Shown here: positions 1-8,682 of the stretch, piece after piece
How the letters are laid out: each line of letters begins with the position of its first letter
Numbering within the stretch: the first letter of the stretch is position 1
From: Candidatus Methylomirabilia bacterium
GTDB taxonomy: Bacteria; Methylomirabilota; Methylomirabilia; Rokubacteriales; CSP1-6
Direction: 5' to 3'
Assembly: GCA_041497895.1 (NCBI GenBank)
Contig: JBGQHJ010000117.1
Coordinates: 1 to 15,414, forward strand
Length of the DNA stretch: 15,414 nucleotides
The notes under the pieces: model-generated
What the model saw: the letters and a program-made list of their open reading frames with translations, nothing else
What the model was told of the DNA's origin: nothing
Databases searched by the model: none
Translations under genes and position numbers: made by a program

Positions 1-118
1 CGCCGTCCTGCACCGCGACCAGGGCCACGTCGGGCATCGCGACCAGGTGGCGCAGGTACGCCGCGTCGAAGAGGGAGTGCCAGTGGCTGACCTCGATGCC
101 GGCTACGCGAATGGTCAT
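1..118 (-). CDS. Gfo/Idh/MocA-family oxidoreductase, N-terminal part (runs off left edge)
   Basis: Not in ORF track. Manual translation from ATG at 118: MTIRVAGIEVSHWHSLFDAAYLRHLVAMPDVALVAVQDG; resembles the Rossmann-like N-terminus of this family; GAGGA SD upstream. Confidence 0.7.
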   Translation of the reverse strand, partial: MTIRVAGIEVSHWHSLFDAAYLRHLVAMPDVALVAVQDG

Positions 119-147
119 GGTGTCCTCGCTCGGGGGTGCGACTGCCG

Positions 148-156
148 ACTCTAGCA
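148..156 (-). promoter_or_regulatory. Extended -10 (TG-C-TAGAGT) for the oxidoreductase gene
   Basis: Reverse complement reads TGCTAGAGT about 30 nt upstream of ATG 118. Confidence 0.5.
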
Positions 157-167
157 CAATCGGCTCG

Positions 168-291
168 CAACATATGGGGGCGCTCGCGCTCCTCGCGCGG
201 ATGTATGGGGGCGGGCACGTGCGCCGACGCCATACATGGGGCCGCGCGTGGCGGGCTGCCGGTTGTATGGGGAATTGACCGATCGCGCGGC
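168..291. repeat. Four phased YATGGGG boxes at 31-bp period, probable regulator binding array
   Basis: ATGGGG begins at 174, 205, 236 and 267; ATGTATGG (201-208) and CCATACAT (230-237) are a perfect inverted pair; last box lies just before TTGACC at 275-280. Confidence 0.7.
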
Positions 292-310
292 CGCGCGCGA
301 TGGTGAGCGC

Positions 311-682
311 ATGATGACCACGAGCGATCTGGAAGCGTTCTTCCGCCGGGGCTGGAACCGCCACGACGTCGAGTGTCTGATGGGCTTCATGGCGGAGGAG
401 TGCGTGTTCGAGAGCGCGGCGGGCCCCGACGCCTGCGGCACGCGCAGCGTGGGGCGGGAGCAGGTGCGCCGCGCGTTCGCCCGCGTGTTCGAGGCCTTCC
501 CCGACGTGTGGTTCGAGGCGACGCACCACGTGGTCGTGGGCGACCGCGGGCTGTCGGAGTGGCGCTTCACCGGCACGACCGCCGAGGGGCGGTGGGTGGA
601 GGTGGACGGCTGCGACCTCTTCACGTTCGTGGGCGACAAGATCGCGCGCAAGAGCTCGTTCCTCAAGACGCGCACCGCGTGA
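311..682 (+). CDS. SnoaL-like / NTF2-family protein (TauX-like), 123 aa
   Basis: WNRHDVECLMGFMAEECVF, G-R-EQVRRAF, SEWRFTGT and GCDLFTF motifs typical of the SnoaL fold; start moved from 236 to ATG 311. Confidence 0.85.
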   Translation: MMTTSDLEAFFRRGWNRHDVECLMGFMAEECVFESAAGPDACGTRSVGREQVRRAFARVFEAFPDVWFEATHHVVVGDRGLSEWRFTGTTAEGRWVEVDGCDLFTFVGDKIARKSSFLKTRTA

Positions 683-703
683 CGGGCGACCGGCGCGCCG
701 CGG

Positions 704-712
704 TGCTATGAT
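704..712 (+). promoter_or_regulatory. Extended -10 (TG-C-TATGAT)
   Basis: TGCTATGAT ends 10 nt before ATG 723; no SD between them. Confidence 0.5.
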
Positions 713-722
713 CCGCCGCGGC

Positions 723-1880
723 ATGGCCGAGACCGCGGACGCGATCATCATCGGGGCCGGTATCATGGGCGCGGCCACCGCGTATCACCTCGCGCGGCGG
801 CAGTACGGGCGGGTGGTGGTGCTCGAGCGCGACGGCGTCTGCTCCGGCTCCACCGCGCTGGCGTCCGGCGGCATCCGTCACCAGTACGCCAACCGCATCG
901 GCGTCGAGCTCACCCGGCAGAGCATCGAGGTCTACGAGGGCTTCGCGGCCGAGTTCGGCGCGGATCCCCAGTTCCGCCAGCACGGCTACCTGATCCTCCA
1001 GCAGACCGAGGAGGAGCGCCGGGTCTACACGGAGAGCGCGGCGATGCAGCGCGCGATGGGCGTCGACACGCGGGTGCTGACCCCCGACGAGGTGCGCGCG
1101 CGGTGGCCGTACCTCCGCGTCGACGACCTGGTGTCCGCGACCTACTCGCCCCGCGACGGCTTCGCCGATCCCTACCTCGTCACCACCGCGATCGCGGCGC
1201 GGGCCCGGGACCTGGGCGCGGTCGTCAAGACCGAGCACCCGGTGGTGGGGATCGAGCGTGTCGGCCCGCGGACCACCACGGTGCGGACGCCGCGCGGCGA
1301 CTGGGAGGCGCCGGTGGTGATCATCGCGGCGGGCTGCTGGTCCGGCCAGGTCGGCCGGCTCGCCGGGGTGGAGATCCCGGTCTTCCCGCGCCGCCGCTGC
1401 AAGTTCATCACCGCCCCGCTGCCCGCGGAGCGGATCCCGCTCGAGACGCCGTTCATCATCGATCACCACGAAGGCTTCTCGATCCGTCGCGAGGGCCCCG
1501 GCGTCATGGTGGGCTACGGCCGCAAGGGCGAGGCGAGCACCTTCGACACCACCCCGGACTGGGACCTGGTGCCGGGCGTGGCCGAGCGTGCGGTGCGCCG
1601 GGTGCCCGCCCTGGAGGACGCCCCGGTGCTGCGCGCCTGGGCCGGGCTCTACGAGATGACGCCCGACCAGATGGGCATCCTGAGCGCGCTGCCGGGCGCC
1701 GACGGCCTCTTCGTGGTCGCCGGCTTCAGCGGCCACGGCTTCATGCACGGCCCCATCGCGGGCCAGCTCATGGCCGAGCTGGTCGCCGACGGCCGGGCCC
1801 ACACCGTCGACGTGGGGCCGCTCGACATCGAGCGCTTCCGCCGCGGCGACACGCCGGTCGAGGTGATGACGTTTGTCTAG
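723..1880 (+). CDS. FAD-dependent oxidoreductase, DAO / sarcosine oxidase beta-subunit-like
   Basis: IIIGAGIMG dinucleotide motif, GSTALASGGIR, WAGLYEMTPD, GFSGHGFMHGP; start 723 preferred because ATG 708 lies within the -10 box. Confidence 0.9.
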   Translation: MAETADAIIIGAGIMGAATAYHLARRQYGRVVVLERDGVCSGSTALASGGIRHQYANRIGVELTRQSIEVYEGFAAEFGADPQFRQHGYLILQQTEEERRVYTESAAMQRAMGVDTRVLTPDEVRARWPYLRVDDLVSATYSPRDGFADPYLVTTAIAARARDLGAVVKTEHPVVGIERVGPRTTTVRTPRGDWEAPVVIIAAGCWSGQVGRLAGVEIPVFPRRRCKFITAPLPAERIPLETPFIIDHHEGFSIRREGPGVMVGYGRKGEASTFDTTPDWDLVPGVAERAVRRVPALEDAPVLRAWAGLYEMTPDQMGILSALPGADGLFVVAGFSGHGFMHGPIAGQLMAELVADGRAHTVDVGPLDIERFRRGDTPVEVMTFV

Positions 1881-1902
1881 CCGCCGGATGGGCGTCTAGC
1901 GC

Positions 1903-2442
1903 TCAGAACGGCGCGCGCTCGCCCTCCGGGATCGGGGTGTCGAACGCGAAGAGCACGCCCGCGATCATGCGGTACTGCCCGGCCAGCACCACCAGCTCCA
2001 TGAGCCCGCCGATCCCCAGCTCGCCCTGCACCGCGGCCTGGACGTCCGCCGGGATCGACTCGTAGGCGAGTACGTGCTGCACCACCCGGGCCGGCCGGGC
2101 GTAACGGGCCGGCAGGGCTCCGAGATCCCCCCGCGTCCGCACCCGCTCGATGACGTCGTCGGCGAGCCCCTCCCGCCGCGCCACCTTCGCGTGGGCGATC
2201 CACTCGTAGCCCTGGCCCACCGAGCGCGCGGTGATCAGGATGGCCAGCTCGCGGATGTCGGCGGGCAGCGTGCCGCCGAAGCGGAGGTACTCGCCCAGGT
2301 CGCCCACCCGCTCGGCCAGGGCGGGGTGGTGCATGAGCGAGGCGAAGGGGCCGCGCACCGCGCCACGCTTGGCGGTGATCTTGTCGTAGACCTGCTTGGC
2401 CGCGGGGGTGAGCGTGTCGAGCGGGTCGGGCAGTCTGGCCAT
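1903..2442 (-). CDS. Carboxymuconolactone decarboxylase / AhpD-like protein, 179 aa
   Basis: MARLP...RGPF..LMHHP.LA, RELAILITAR...YEWIAH pattern; GGAGGAGGAG SD and TATAGT -10 (2464-2469) upstream of ATG 2442. Confidence 0.85.
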   Translation of the reverse strand: MARLPDPLDTLTPAAKQVYDKITAKRGAVRGPFASLMHHPALAERVGDLGEYLRFGGTLPADIRELAILITARSVGQGYEWIAHAKVARREGLADDVIERVRTRGDLGALPARYARPARVVQHVLAYESIPADVQAAVQGELGIGGLMELVVLAGQYRMIAGVLFAFDTPIPEGERAPF

Positions 2443-2498
2443 GGGGGCTCCTCCTCCCCGGGGACTATAGACGATCGTCTCCCGGGCCGCCCACCACC

Positions 2499-2527
2499 TT
2501 GACAAGGCGGCGGCCGCGGGGCAGTCT
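2499..2527 (+). promoter_or_regulatory. Sigma70-type promoter for the Liv-type operon
   Basis: TTGACA (2499-2504), 17-bp spacer, CAGTCT (2522-2527); GGAGGA SD before ATG 2585. Confidence 0.5.
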
Positions 2528-2584
2528 TGGCCCGCCCAATGCCCGGCGCGCTCCCGAGGGAGCGGCCAAGAGAGGGAGGATGCG

Positions 2585-3865
2585 ATGAAGCAGCCCTGGA
2601 GACAGCGGGTCCTGAGCTTGGTCGTCGTCGCGGTCGTCATCGGAGCCGTCGTGCTCGCGGGGGCCGGAGTGTTCGTCGCGCGGGCCGCCGACCCCATCAA
2701 GATCGGCTTCGGCATGGCGCTGACCGGCGGGCTCTCCGCCAACGGCAAGCCGGCCCTGCTCGCCCTGCAGATCTGGAAGGACGACGTCAACAAGAAGGGC
2801 GGCCTCCTCGGGCGGCCGGTGGAGCTGGTGTTCTACGACGACCAGACCAACCCCGCCACCGTGCCCGGCATCTACTCGAAGCTGCTCGACGTGGACAAGG
2901 TGGATCTGGTCACCTCCGGCTACGGCACCAACCTCATCGCGCCGCTCATGCCGATCGCCATGGAGCGCAAGCTCATGATCATGGGGATCTTCGGCCTGGC
3001 CAACAACGAGAAGTACAAGTACCCGAACTACTTCCAGATCTCGCCCAACGGCCCCGAGCCGGAGACCAGCACCGCGCTCGGCTTCTTCGAGCTGGCCGCC
3101 CGGCAGAACCCCAAGCCCCAGACGGTCGCGATCGTGGGAGCCGACGCCGAGTACCCGCAGAACGCGCTGGTGGGGGCGCGCGAGCTGATCAAGAAGTTCG
3201 GCTTCAAGACCGTCTACGACAAGACCTATCCGCCCAGCACCACCGACTACACCCCGATCGTCCGCGCGATCAAGGCCACCAACCCCGACGTGGTGTTCGT
3301 GGCCTCCTACCCGCCGGACTCGGTGGGCATGGTGCGCGCCGCGCACGAGGTGAGCCTCCAGCCCAAGCTCTTCGGCGGCGGCATGGTCGGCCTGATGTTC
3401 ACGAGCATCATGACGAGCATGGGGCCGATGCTCAACGGCATCGTGAACTACGACTTCTGGGCGCCGGAGCCGACGTTCCTCTCGATGCCCGGCATCAAGG
3501 AGTTCCTGAAGGAGTACCAGGCCCGCGCCGAGAAGGCGGGCGTCGATCCCCTGGGCTACTACCTGCCCCCCTACTCGTACGCGACCGGCCAGGTGCTGGC
3601 CCAGGCCATCGAGGCGACCAAGGGTCTCGATCAGCAGAAGCTGGCCGACTACATCCGGGCCACCGAGTTCAGCACGATCGTGGGCAAGGTGAAGTTCGGC
3701 AAGAACGGGGAGTGGGCCAAGGGGCGCACCCTGATGGTCCAGTTCCAGAAGATCCAGGGCACCGGGATCGATCAGTTCCGCGGACCGGGCAAGAAGGTCG
3801 TGCTCTACCCCGACGAGTTCAAGTCCGGCAACATCATCTATCCGTACTCGGCGGCGAAGAACTAG
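2585..3865 (+). CDS. ABC transporter substrate-binding protein, LivK/LivJ-like type I periplasmic fold
   Basis: Signal peptide ending ARA, PIKIG, GGLLGRPVELVFYDD, IKATNPD; first gene of a liv-type operon. Confidence 0.92.
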   Translation: MKQPWRQRVLSLVVVAVVIGAVVLAGAGVFVARAADPIKIGFGMALTGGLSANGKPALLALQIWKDDVNKKGGLLGRPVELVFYDDQTNPATVPGIYSKLLDVDKVDLVTSGYGTNLIAPLMPIAMERKLMIMGIFGLANNEKYKYPNYFQISPNGPEPETSTALGFFELAARQNPKPQTVAIVGADAEYPQNALVGARELIKKFGFKTVYDKTYPPSTTDYTPIVRAIKATNPDVVFVASYPPDSVGMVRAAHEVSLQPKLFGGGMVGLMFTSIMTSMGPMLNGIVNYDFWAPEPTFLSMPGIKEFLKEYQARAEKAGVDPLGYYLPPYSYATGQVLAQAIEATKGLDQQKLADYIRATEFSTIVGKVKFGKNGEWAKGRTLMVQFQKIQGTGIDQFRGPGKKVVLYPDEFKSGNIIYPYSAAKN

Positions 3866-3878
3866 CGCGAGTCGCTCC

Positions 3879-4751
3879 CTGTTCTCCTGGGACCTGCTGG
3901 CCAACGCGCTGGTCGCCGGACTGCTGCTCGGAGGCTTCTATGCCGCGGTGAGCCTCGGGATCTCGCTCGTCTTCGGGCTGCTCGACATCGCCAACATCGC
4001 GCAGCCCGCGTTCCTCATCCTGGGCTCCTACTCGGCCTACGTGCTGAACAGCACGTTCGGGCTCGATCCCATCCTGGCCGGGCTGCTCGTCACCCCGCTC
4101 TTCTACCTCCTGGGGGCCGCGGTCTACCGCGTCTACTACAGCAGCTTCGAGCGACGTGGGGAGGAGTCGCTCCGCGGCCTCGTGTTCTTCTTCGGGCTCC
4201 TCTTCATCATCGAGGTGAGCCTCAGCCTCAAGTACGGGGTGGACTACCGGCTGGTGGAGGCGTCCTACATCGGCAAGTCGATCGAGCTGGGCAGCGTCGG
4301 CATCGCGTACCGCCTGCTCGTGCCCTGCGTGGTGGGGCTCGTCATGACCGCCACCCTCTACCTCTTCCTCGGCCGCACCTTCTACGGGCGCGCCATCATG
4401 GCGGTGTCGCAGGACAGCGGGGCCCTGCGGCTGATGGGCGCGAACCCGGTCCGTATCAAGACCATCGCCTTCGGCATCGGCATCGCGGCGGCCAGTCTGG
4501 CCGGCGCGCTCCTGATCATGATCGTGCCGGTGGTGCCGTCGAGCGACCGCGACTACAACGGCCGGATGTTCGCGATCACGGTCCTGGGCGGCATGGGCAG
4601 CATCGGCGGCACGCTGGTCGCCGCGGTCATCCTGGGCGTGGTCGAGAGCCTGATGGGCACCTTCGCGGGCCCGTCGTGGTCGCTCGCGGTCTCCTTCGGG
4701 ATCTTGTTGATCGCGCTGGCGGTGCGGCCGGCGGGGCTGTTCGGGCGCTAA
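3879..4751 (+). CDS. livH: Branched-chain amino acid-type ABC permease LivH (probable CTG start)
   Basis: GISLVFGLLDIANIA, GRAIMAVSQD, VLGGMGS, RPAGLFG motifs; open frame extends 23 codons upstream of 3948 through the expected first TM helix. Confidence 0.88.
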   Translation: MFSWDLLANALVAGLLLGGFYAAVSLGISLVFGLLDIANIAQPAFLILGSYSAYVLNSTFGLDPILAGLLVTPLFYLLGAAVYRVYYSSFERRGEESLRGLVFFFGLLFIIEVSLSLKYGVDYRLVEASYIGKSIELGSVGIAYRLLVPCVVGLVMTATLYLFLGRTFYGRAIMAVSQDSGALRLMGANPVRIKTIAFGIGIAAASLAGALLIMIVPVVPSSDRDYNGRMFAITVLGGMGSIGGTLVAAVILGVVESLMGTFAGPSWSLAVSFGILLIALAVRPAGLFGR

Positions 4752-4752
4752 G

Positions 4753-5688
4753 ATGCGGCGCACCGGGGTGGCGCTGGTGGTGGGCCTGATCGTCATCGCG
4801 GCCGGGATCCTGCTCGCCTCGCTGCGGGTGAACCCGTACCTCTACTTCGCGGGCTACGTGATCCTCCAGTACGTGGTCATCGCCACCGCGTGGAACATCC
4901 TGGGTGGCTATGCGGGTTACGTGAACTTCGGCACCCCTGCGTTCTTCGCGCTCGGGGCCTACACCGCGATCGTCCTCATCCAGACCGTGCGGGCGCCGCT
5001 GCCGGTGCTGATCGTGGCCGGCGGGCTGGTCTCGGCCCTGCTCGGCCTGGGCATCGGCTACCTCACGCTCCGCCTGCGCGGGGTGTTCTTCTCCATCGCG
5101 ACGCTGGCGCTGTCCATCGTGCTCCAGACCGTCATCATCAACTGGGAGTTCGTGGGCGGCTCCCGGGGCCTGAGCGTGATCCGCCCGAGCGGGCCGCCCT
5201 TCGGCAACTACGTCACGTTCCTGTTCACGGTCATGACCGGGCTGGCGGTGCTGGCGGTGATCACTGCGCGCTTCATCGAGCGCTCGTGGATCGGGCGGGG
5301 CCTCGCGGCCCTGCGCGACAACGAGGAGGCCGCCGAGTGCATGGGGGTGCCGACCCTGCGCCTCAAGCTCTTCGCCACCACCGTGAGCGGCTTCCTCCTC
5401 GGGGTGGCCGGCGCGCCGTTCCCGTACTACGTGACGTTCGTGGACCCGAACTCGGCCTTCAGCCTCGACTACGCGGTCAACGCGCTCGCGATGCCGATGA
5501 TCGGGGGGACGACGAGCTGGCTCGGCCCGGTGATCGGCGCGGTGCTGCTCAACTCCGCGCAGCAGTACGCGAGCGTGACGATCTCCTCCGAGTGGAACCT
5601 GTTCATCGTGGGCGTGGTGCTGGTGGCCTTCGTGGTGCTGGCCCCCGAGGGCATCCTCGGGCTGGTGCGTCGCCTGCGGGGGCGCTGA
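4753..5688 (+). CDS. livM: Branched-chain amino acid-type ABC permease LivM
   Basis: WNILGGYAGYVNFG, LRLRGVFFSIATLA, ALRDNEEAAECMGV, PEGILG motifs. Confidence 0.9.
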   Translation: MRRTGVALVVGLIVIAAGILLASLRVNPYLYFAGYVILQYVVIATAWNILGGYAGYVNFGTPAFFALGAYTAIVLIQTVRAPLPVLIVAGGLVSALLGLGIGYLTLRLRGVFFSIATLALSIVLQTVIINWEFVGGSRGLSVIRPSGPPFGNYVTFLFTVMTGLAVLAVITARFIERSWIGRGLAALRDNEEAAECMGVPTLRLKLFATTVSGFLLGVAGAPFPYYVTFVDPNSAFSLDYAVNALAMPMIGGTTSWLGPVIGAVLLNSAQQYASVTISSEWNLFIVGVVLVAFVVLAPEGILGLVRRLRGR

Positions 5689-5691
5689 CCG

Positions 5692-6397
5692 ATGAGCGCC
5701 ATCCTGGAGATCGAGGGCGTCACCAAGCGCTTCGGCGGCTTCACCGCGCTGAACGGGGTGTCGCTCCACGTGAAGGCGGGCGAGCGGTTCGGGCTCATCG
5801 GCCCGAACGGGTCCGGCAAGACCACCCTCATCAACTGCGTGTCCGGCTCGCTCCCCGTCGACAGCGGCCACATCCGCTTCGACGGCCGGGAGATCAGCGG
5901 GCTGCCGCCCCACCGGCGGACCCGGCTCGGCATCGTGCGGAGCTTCCAGATCCCCAAGCCGTTCGTCAGCATGACCGTGCTGGAGAACCTCGACATCCCG
6001 CTCGAGTACGCCGCGCACGAGCGCGCCGACGCGGCGGACGCGGACGCGATGGAGATCCTGCGCGCGATCGGGCTCGAGTCGAAGGCCCACCTGCGCCCCG
6101 CCGGGCTCACCCAGATCGAGATGCGCAAGCTCGAGCTGGCCCGCGCGATGGCGGCGCGGCCGAAGCTGCTCATCTCCGACGAGGCGATGGCCGGGCTCTC
6201 GCACGCCGAGGTGGACGACATCCTGGCCATCCTGTTCGGCCTGAGCGAGCGGGGCATCACCATCATCATGATCGAGCACATCATGCGGGCGGTGATGCGC
6301 TTCTCCCAGCGCATCGTGGTGCTCGACGCGGGCGAGCTGATCGCGGAGGGCACCCCGGACGAGGTCGTCCGCAACCCCGCGGTGGAGAAGGCCTACC

Positions 6398-6408
<11 letters not shown>
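5692..6408 (+). CDS. livG: ABC ATP-binding protein LivG
   Basis: KRFGG, Walker A GPNGSGKTT, RSFQ, Walker B LLISDE, IEH, AYLG C-terminus. Confidence 0.92.
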
Positions 6409-7124
<716 letters not shown>

Positions 7125-7129
<5 letters not shown>

Positions 7130-7152
7130 CCGGGGTCATCTAGCCGGGGTCA
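7125..7152. repeat. Exact 14-bp tandem duplication TCTAGCCGGGGTCA
   Basis: Copies at 7125-7138 and 7139-7152. Confidence 0.9.
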
Positions 7153-7227
7153 GGTCTTACATTACGACATTTCCGCGCGCGGACGGTCTCGCCCGCTGGC
7201 GAATGTCGCAATGTAAGACCTGACCCC
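7146..7227. repeat. REP/MITE-like element: 26-bp inverted repeats around a 30-bp spacer
   Basis: GGGGTCAGGTCTTACATTACGACATT (7146-7171) versus AATGTCGCAATGTAAGACCTGACCCC (7202-7227); 25 of 26 complementary; lies between convergent genes. Confidence 0.85.
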
Positions 7228-7231
7228 AGAC

Positions 7232-8620
7232 TTAGCGGTCGGGGTCCGCGGGCATCGGGGGCTGCTCGACCACGCCGATGGTGGCGCCGGTGCCGTGGAG
7301 TGCTTGCGCACGCGCCACCGCCTCCTCCACGCTGTCCGCCACGTCCCAGCCGAGATGGCGGGGCACGTGCGCATCGCGCGCCCCGGCCACGATCACCCGG
7401 CCCACGCGGCGCAGCCGCTTGAGCGGGTGCGTGGCCAGGATGCCGTGGATCGGGTGGAAGGCGAACCGGTGCCGGTAGGCCTCGATGTGCGCGGGGTGCC
7501 GCGCGAACTCCTGCTCGAAGCGCGCGGTGATCTCGTAGGGGTCGCGCGTGCGGGTGAGCACGCGCTCCCACACCTCCGGGTACGACGGGTGATGAACCCG
7601 ATCCCACGCCTCGCGGACCGCGGCGGCCATGATCACCGTGCAGCCGGGCTTGCCCACCGCCTCGATCATGCCGCCCAGGTAGCCGAGCCCCATCGAGATC
7701 AGGGTGAGGATCGGATTGACCTGGGCCCAGATCGCGTAGGGGCTCGAGTCCGGCACCCCGTAGACCAGGATGTCGACCGGCTCGGGCGCGGCGGCCCGCC
7801 GGGGCGGGAAGCGGAGCGACTGCACCTCGAGGGCCGCGCGACGGGTCTCGTCCACCCCGCCCGCGAACACCCGCGCGGCGTGGAGCGGATCGGCCAGCAG
7901 GGTATCGATCTTGAAGATGCGCCGGCCGAGGCGCCGCTCGACGTGCTGCCCCATCTCGTCGAGCACCGCGTGCATGCGGTTGCGCTGGAGCGACATCGAC
8001 ATGCCGTCCGGGTCGTGCGTCACCCGGATCGAGCGCCAGGTCGAGAGCCCGATGCACACCGACTTCCAGCCGCCGGTGAAGCCGCGGATGTAGTTGGTGT
8101 TGACGTAGACCGTGAGGTCGGAGTCGGTGACGAGCCGGCTCACCTCCACCGGATACCCGTGCTCCGCGGTGACGCCCAGGTCGGCGATCTGGTCGGGATC
8201 CTCCGCGTCGTGGCACACCAGGCGCGGGCCGAAGTCCCGCACCAGCGGGGCGTCCAGCAGCCGCGTCAGCTCGGCGGGCCGGCACATGCGGTGGAGCGCG
8301 TTGGCGCACACGAGCCGCACCTGCGACGCCGACACCCCGGCCGCGACCAGCTCGTCCAGCACCGCGCGGATGGCCACCGGGCGGATCGGCCCGAACGACC
8401 CGGTGGTGTGGTCGTCGAACGCGATCGTGACGCGCGCGCCCGGCCGCGCCAGGTCGCGCAGCCGCGGCAGGCCGAGCGGCGCGGCCAGCGCGTCGCGCAC
8501 CGCGCGGTCGAGGTCGGCGAGCGGAGGGAGCGCGGCGGTCGCCTCGCCGGAGAGCAGGCGGCTGCCCGGCGGCAGAGTGGCGGAGAGCGTGCCATCGGCG
8601 TACGGCAGGTCCACGCGCAT
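7232..8620 (-). CDS. Lactate racemase (LarA / DUF2088) superfamily protein, 462 aa
   Basis: DALAAPLG.PRL, VTIAFDDHT, ANALHR, HDAED, GFTGGWKS motifs; start at ATG 8620 (MRVDLPY). Confidence 0.85.
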   Translation of the reverse strand: MRVDLPYADGTLSATLPPGSRLLSGEATAALPPLADLDRAVRDALAAPLGLPRLRDLARPGARVTIAFDDHTTGSFGPIRPVAIRAVLDELVAAGVSASQVRLVCANALHRMCRPAELTRLLDAPLVRDFGPRLVCHDAEDPDQIADLGVTAEHGYPVEVSRLVTDSDLTVYVNTNYIRGFTGGWKSVCIGLSTWRSIRVTHDPDGMSMSLQRNRMHAVLDEMGQHVERRLGRRIFKIDTLLADPLHAARVFAGGVDETRRAALEVQSLRFPPRRAAAPEPVDILVYGVPDSSPYAIWAQVNPILTLISMGLGYLGGMIEAVGKPGCTVIMAAAVREAWDRVHHPSYPEVWERVLTRTRDPYEITARFEQEFARHPAHIEAYRHRFAFHPIHGILATHPLKRLRRVGRVIVAGARDAHVPRHLGWDVADSVEEAVARAQALHGTGATIGVVEQPPMPADPDR

Positions 8621-8629
8621 GCTGCGGGG

Positions 8630-8674
8630 ATGATACCCGGTTTGACCCCCGCCGAGGAGCCCGGGTGCTAGACT
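8630..8674. promoter_or_regulatory. Back-to-back -10 elements for the LarA-like and MFS genes
   Basis: TATCAT on - strand (8630-8635) 9 nt before ATG 8620; TG-C-TAGACT on + strand (8666-8674) 8 nt before ATG 8683. Confidence 0.55.
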
Positions 8675-8682
8675 GCCGGCCC

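Noticed and set aside
168..291. Mini-CRISPR reading of the periodic boxes
   Set aside because: Conserved unit is only 6-7 bp with a 31-bp period, far below CRISPR repeat-spacer size; no cas genes.
1875..1900. GTCTAGC twice here, and GGCGTCTAGC shared with 7121-7130
   Set aside because: Short matches explained by C-ending codons before TAG stops and chance; no element structure.
2443..2793. N-terminal extension of the CMD-like ORF to 2793
   Set aside because: Overlaps the binding-protein gene; strong SD and -10 support ATG 2442.
7295..8671. 458-aa plus-strand ORF opposite the LarA-like gene
   Set aside because: Antisense shadow with no recognisable motifs.
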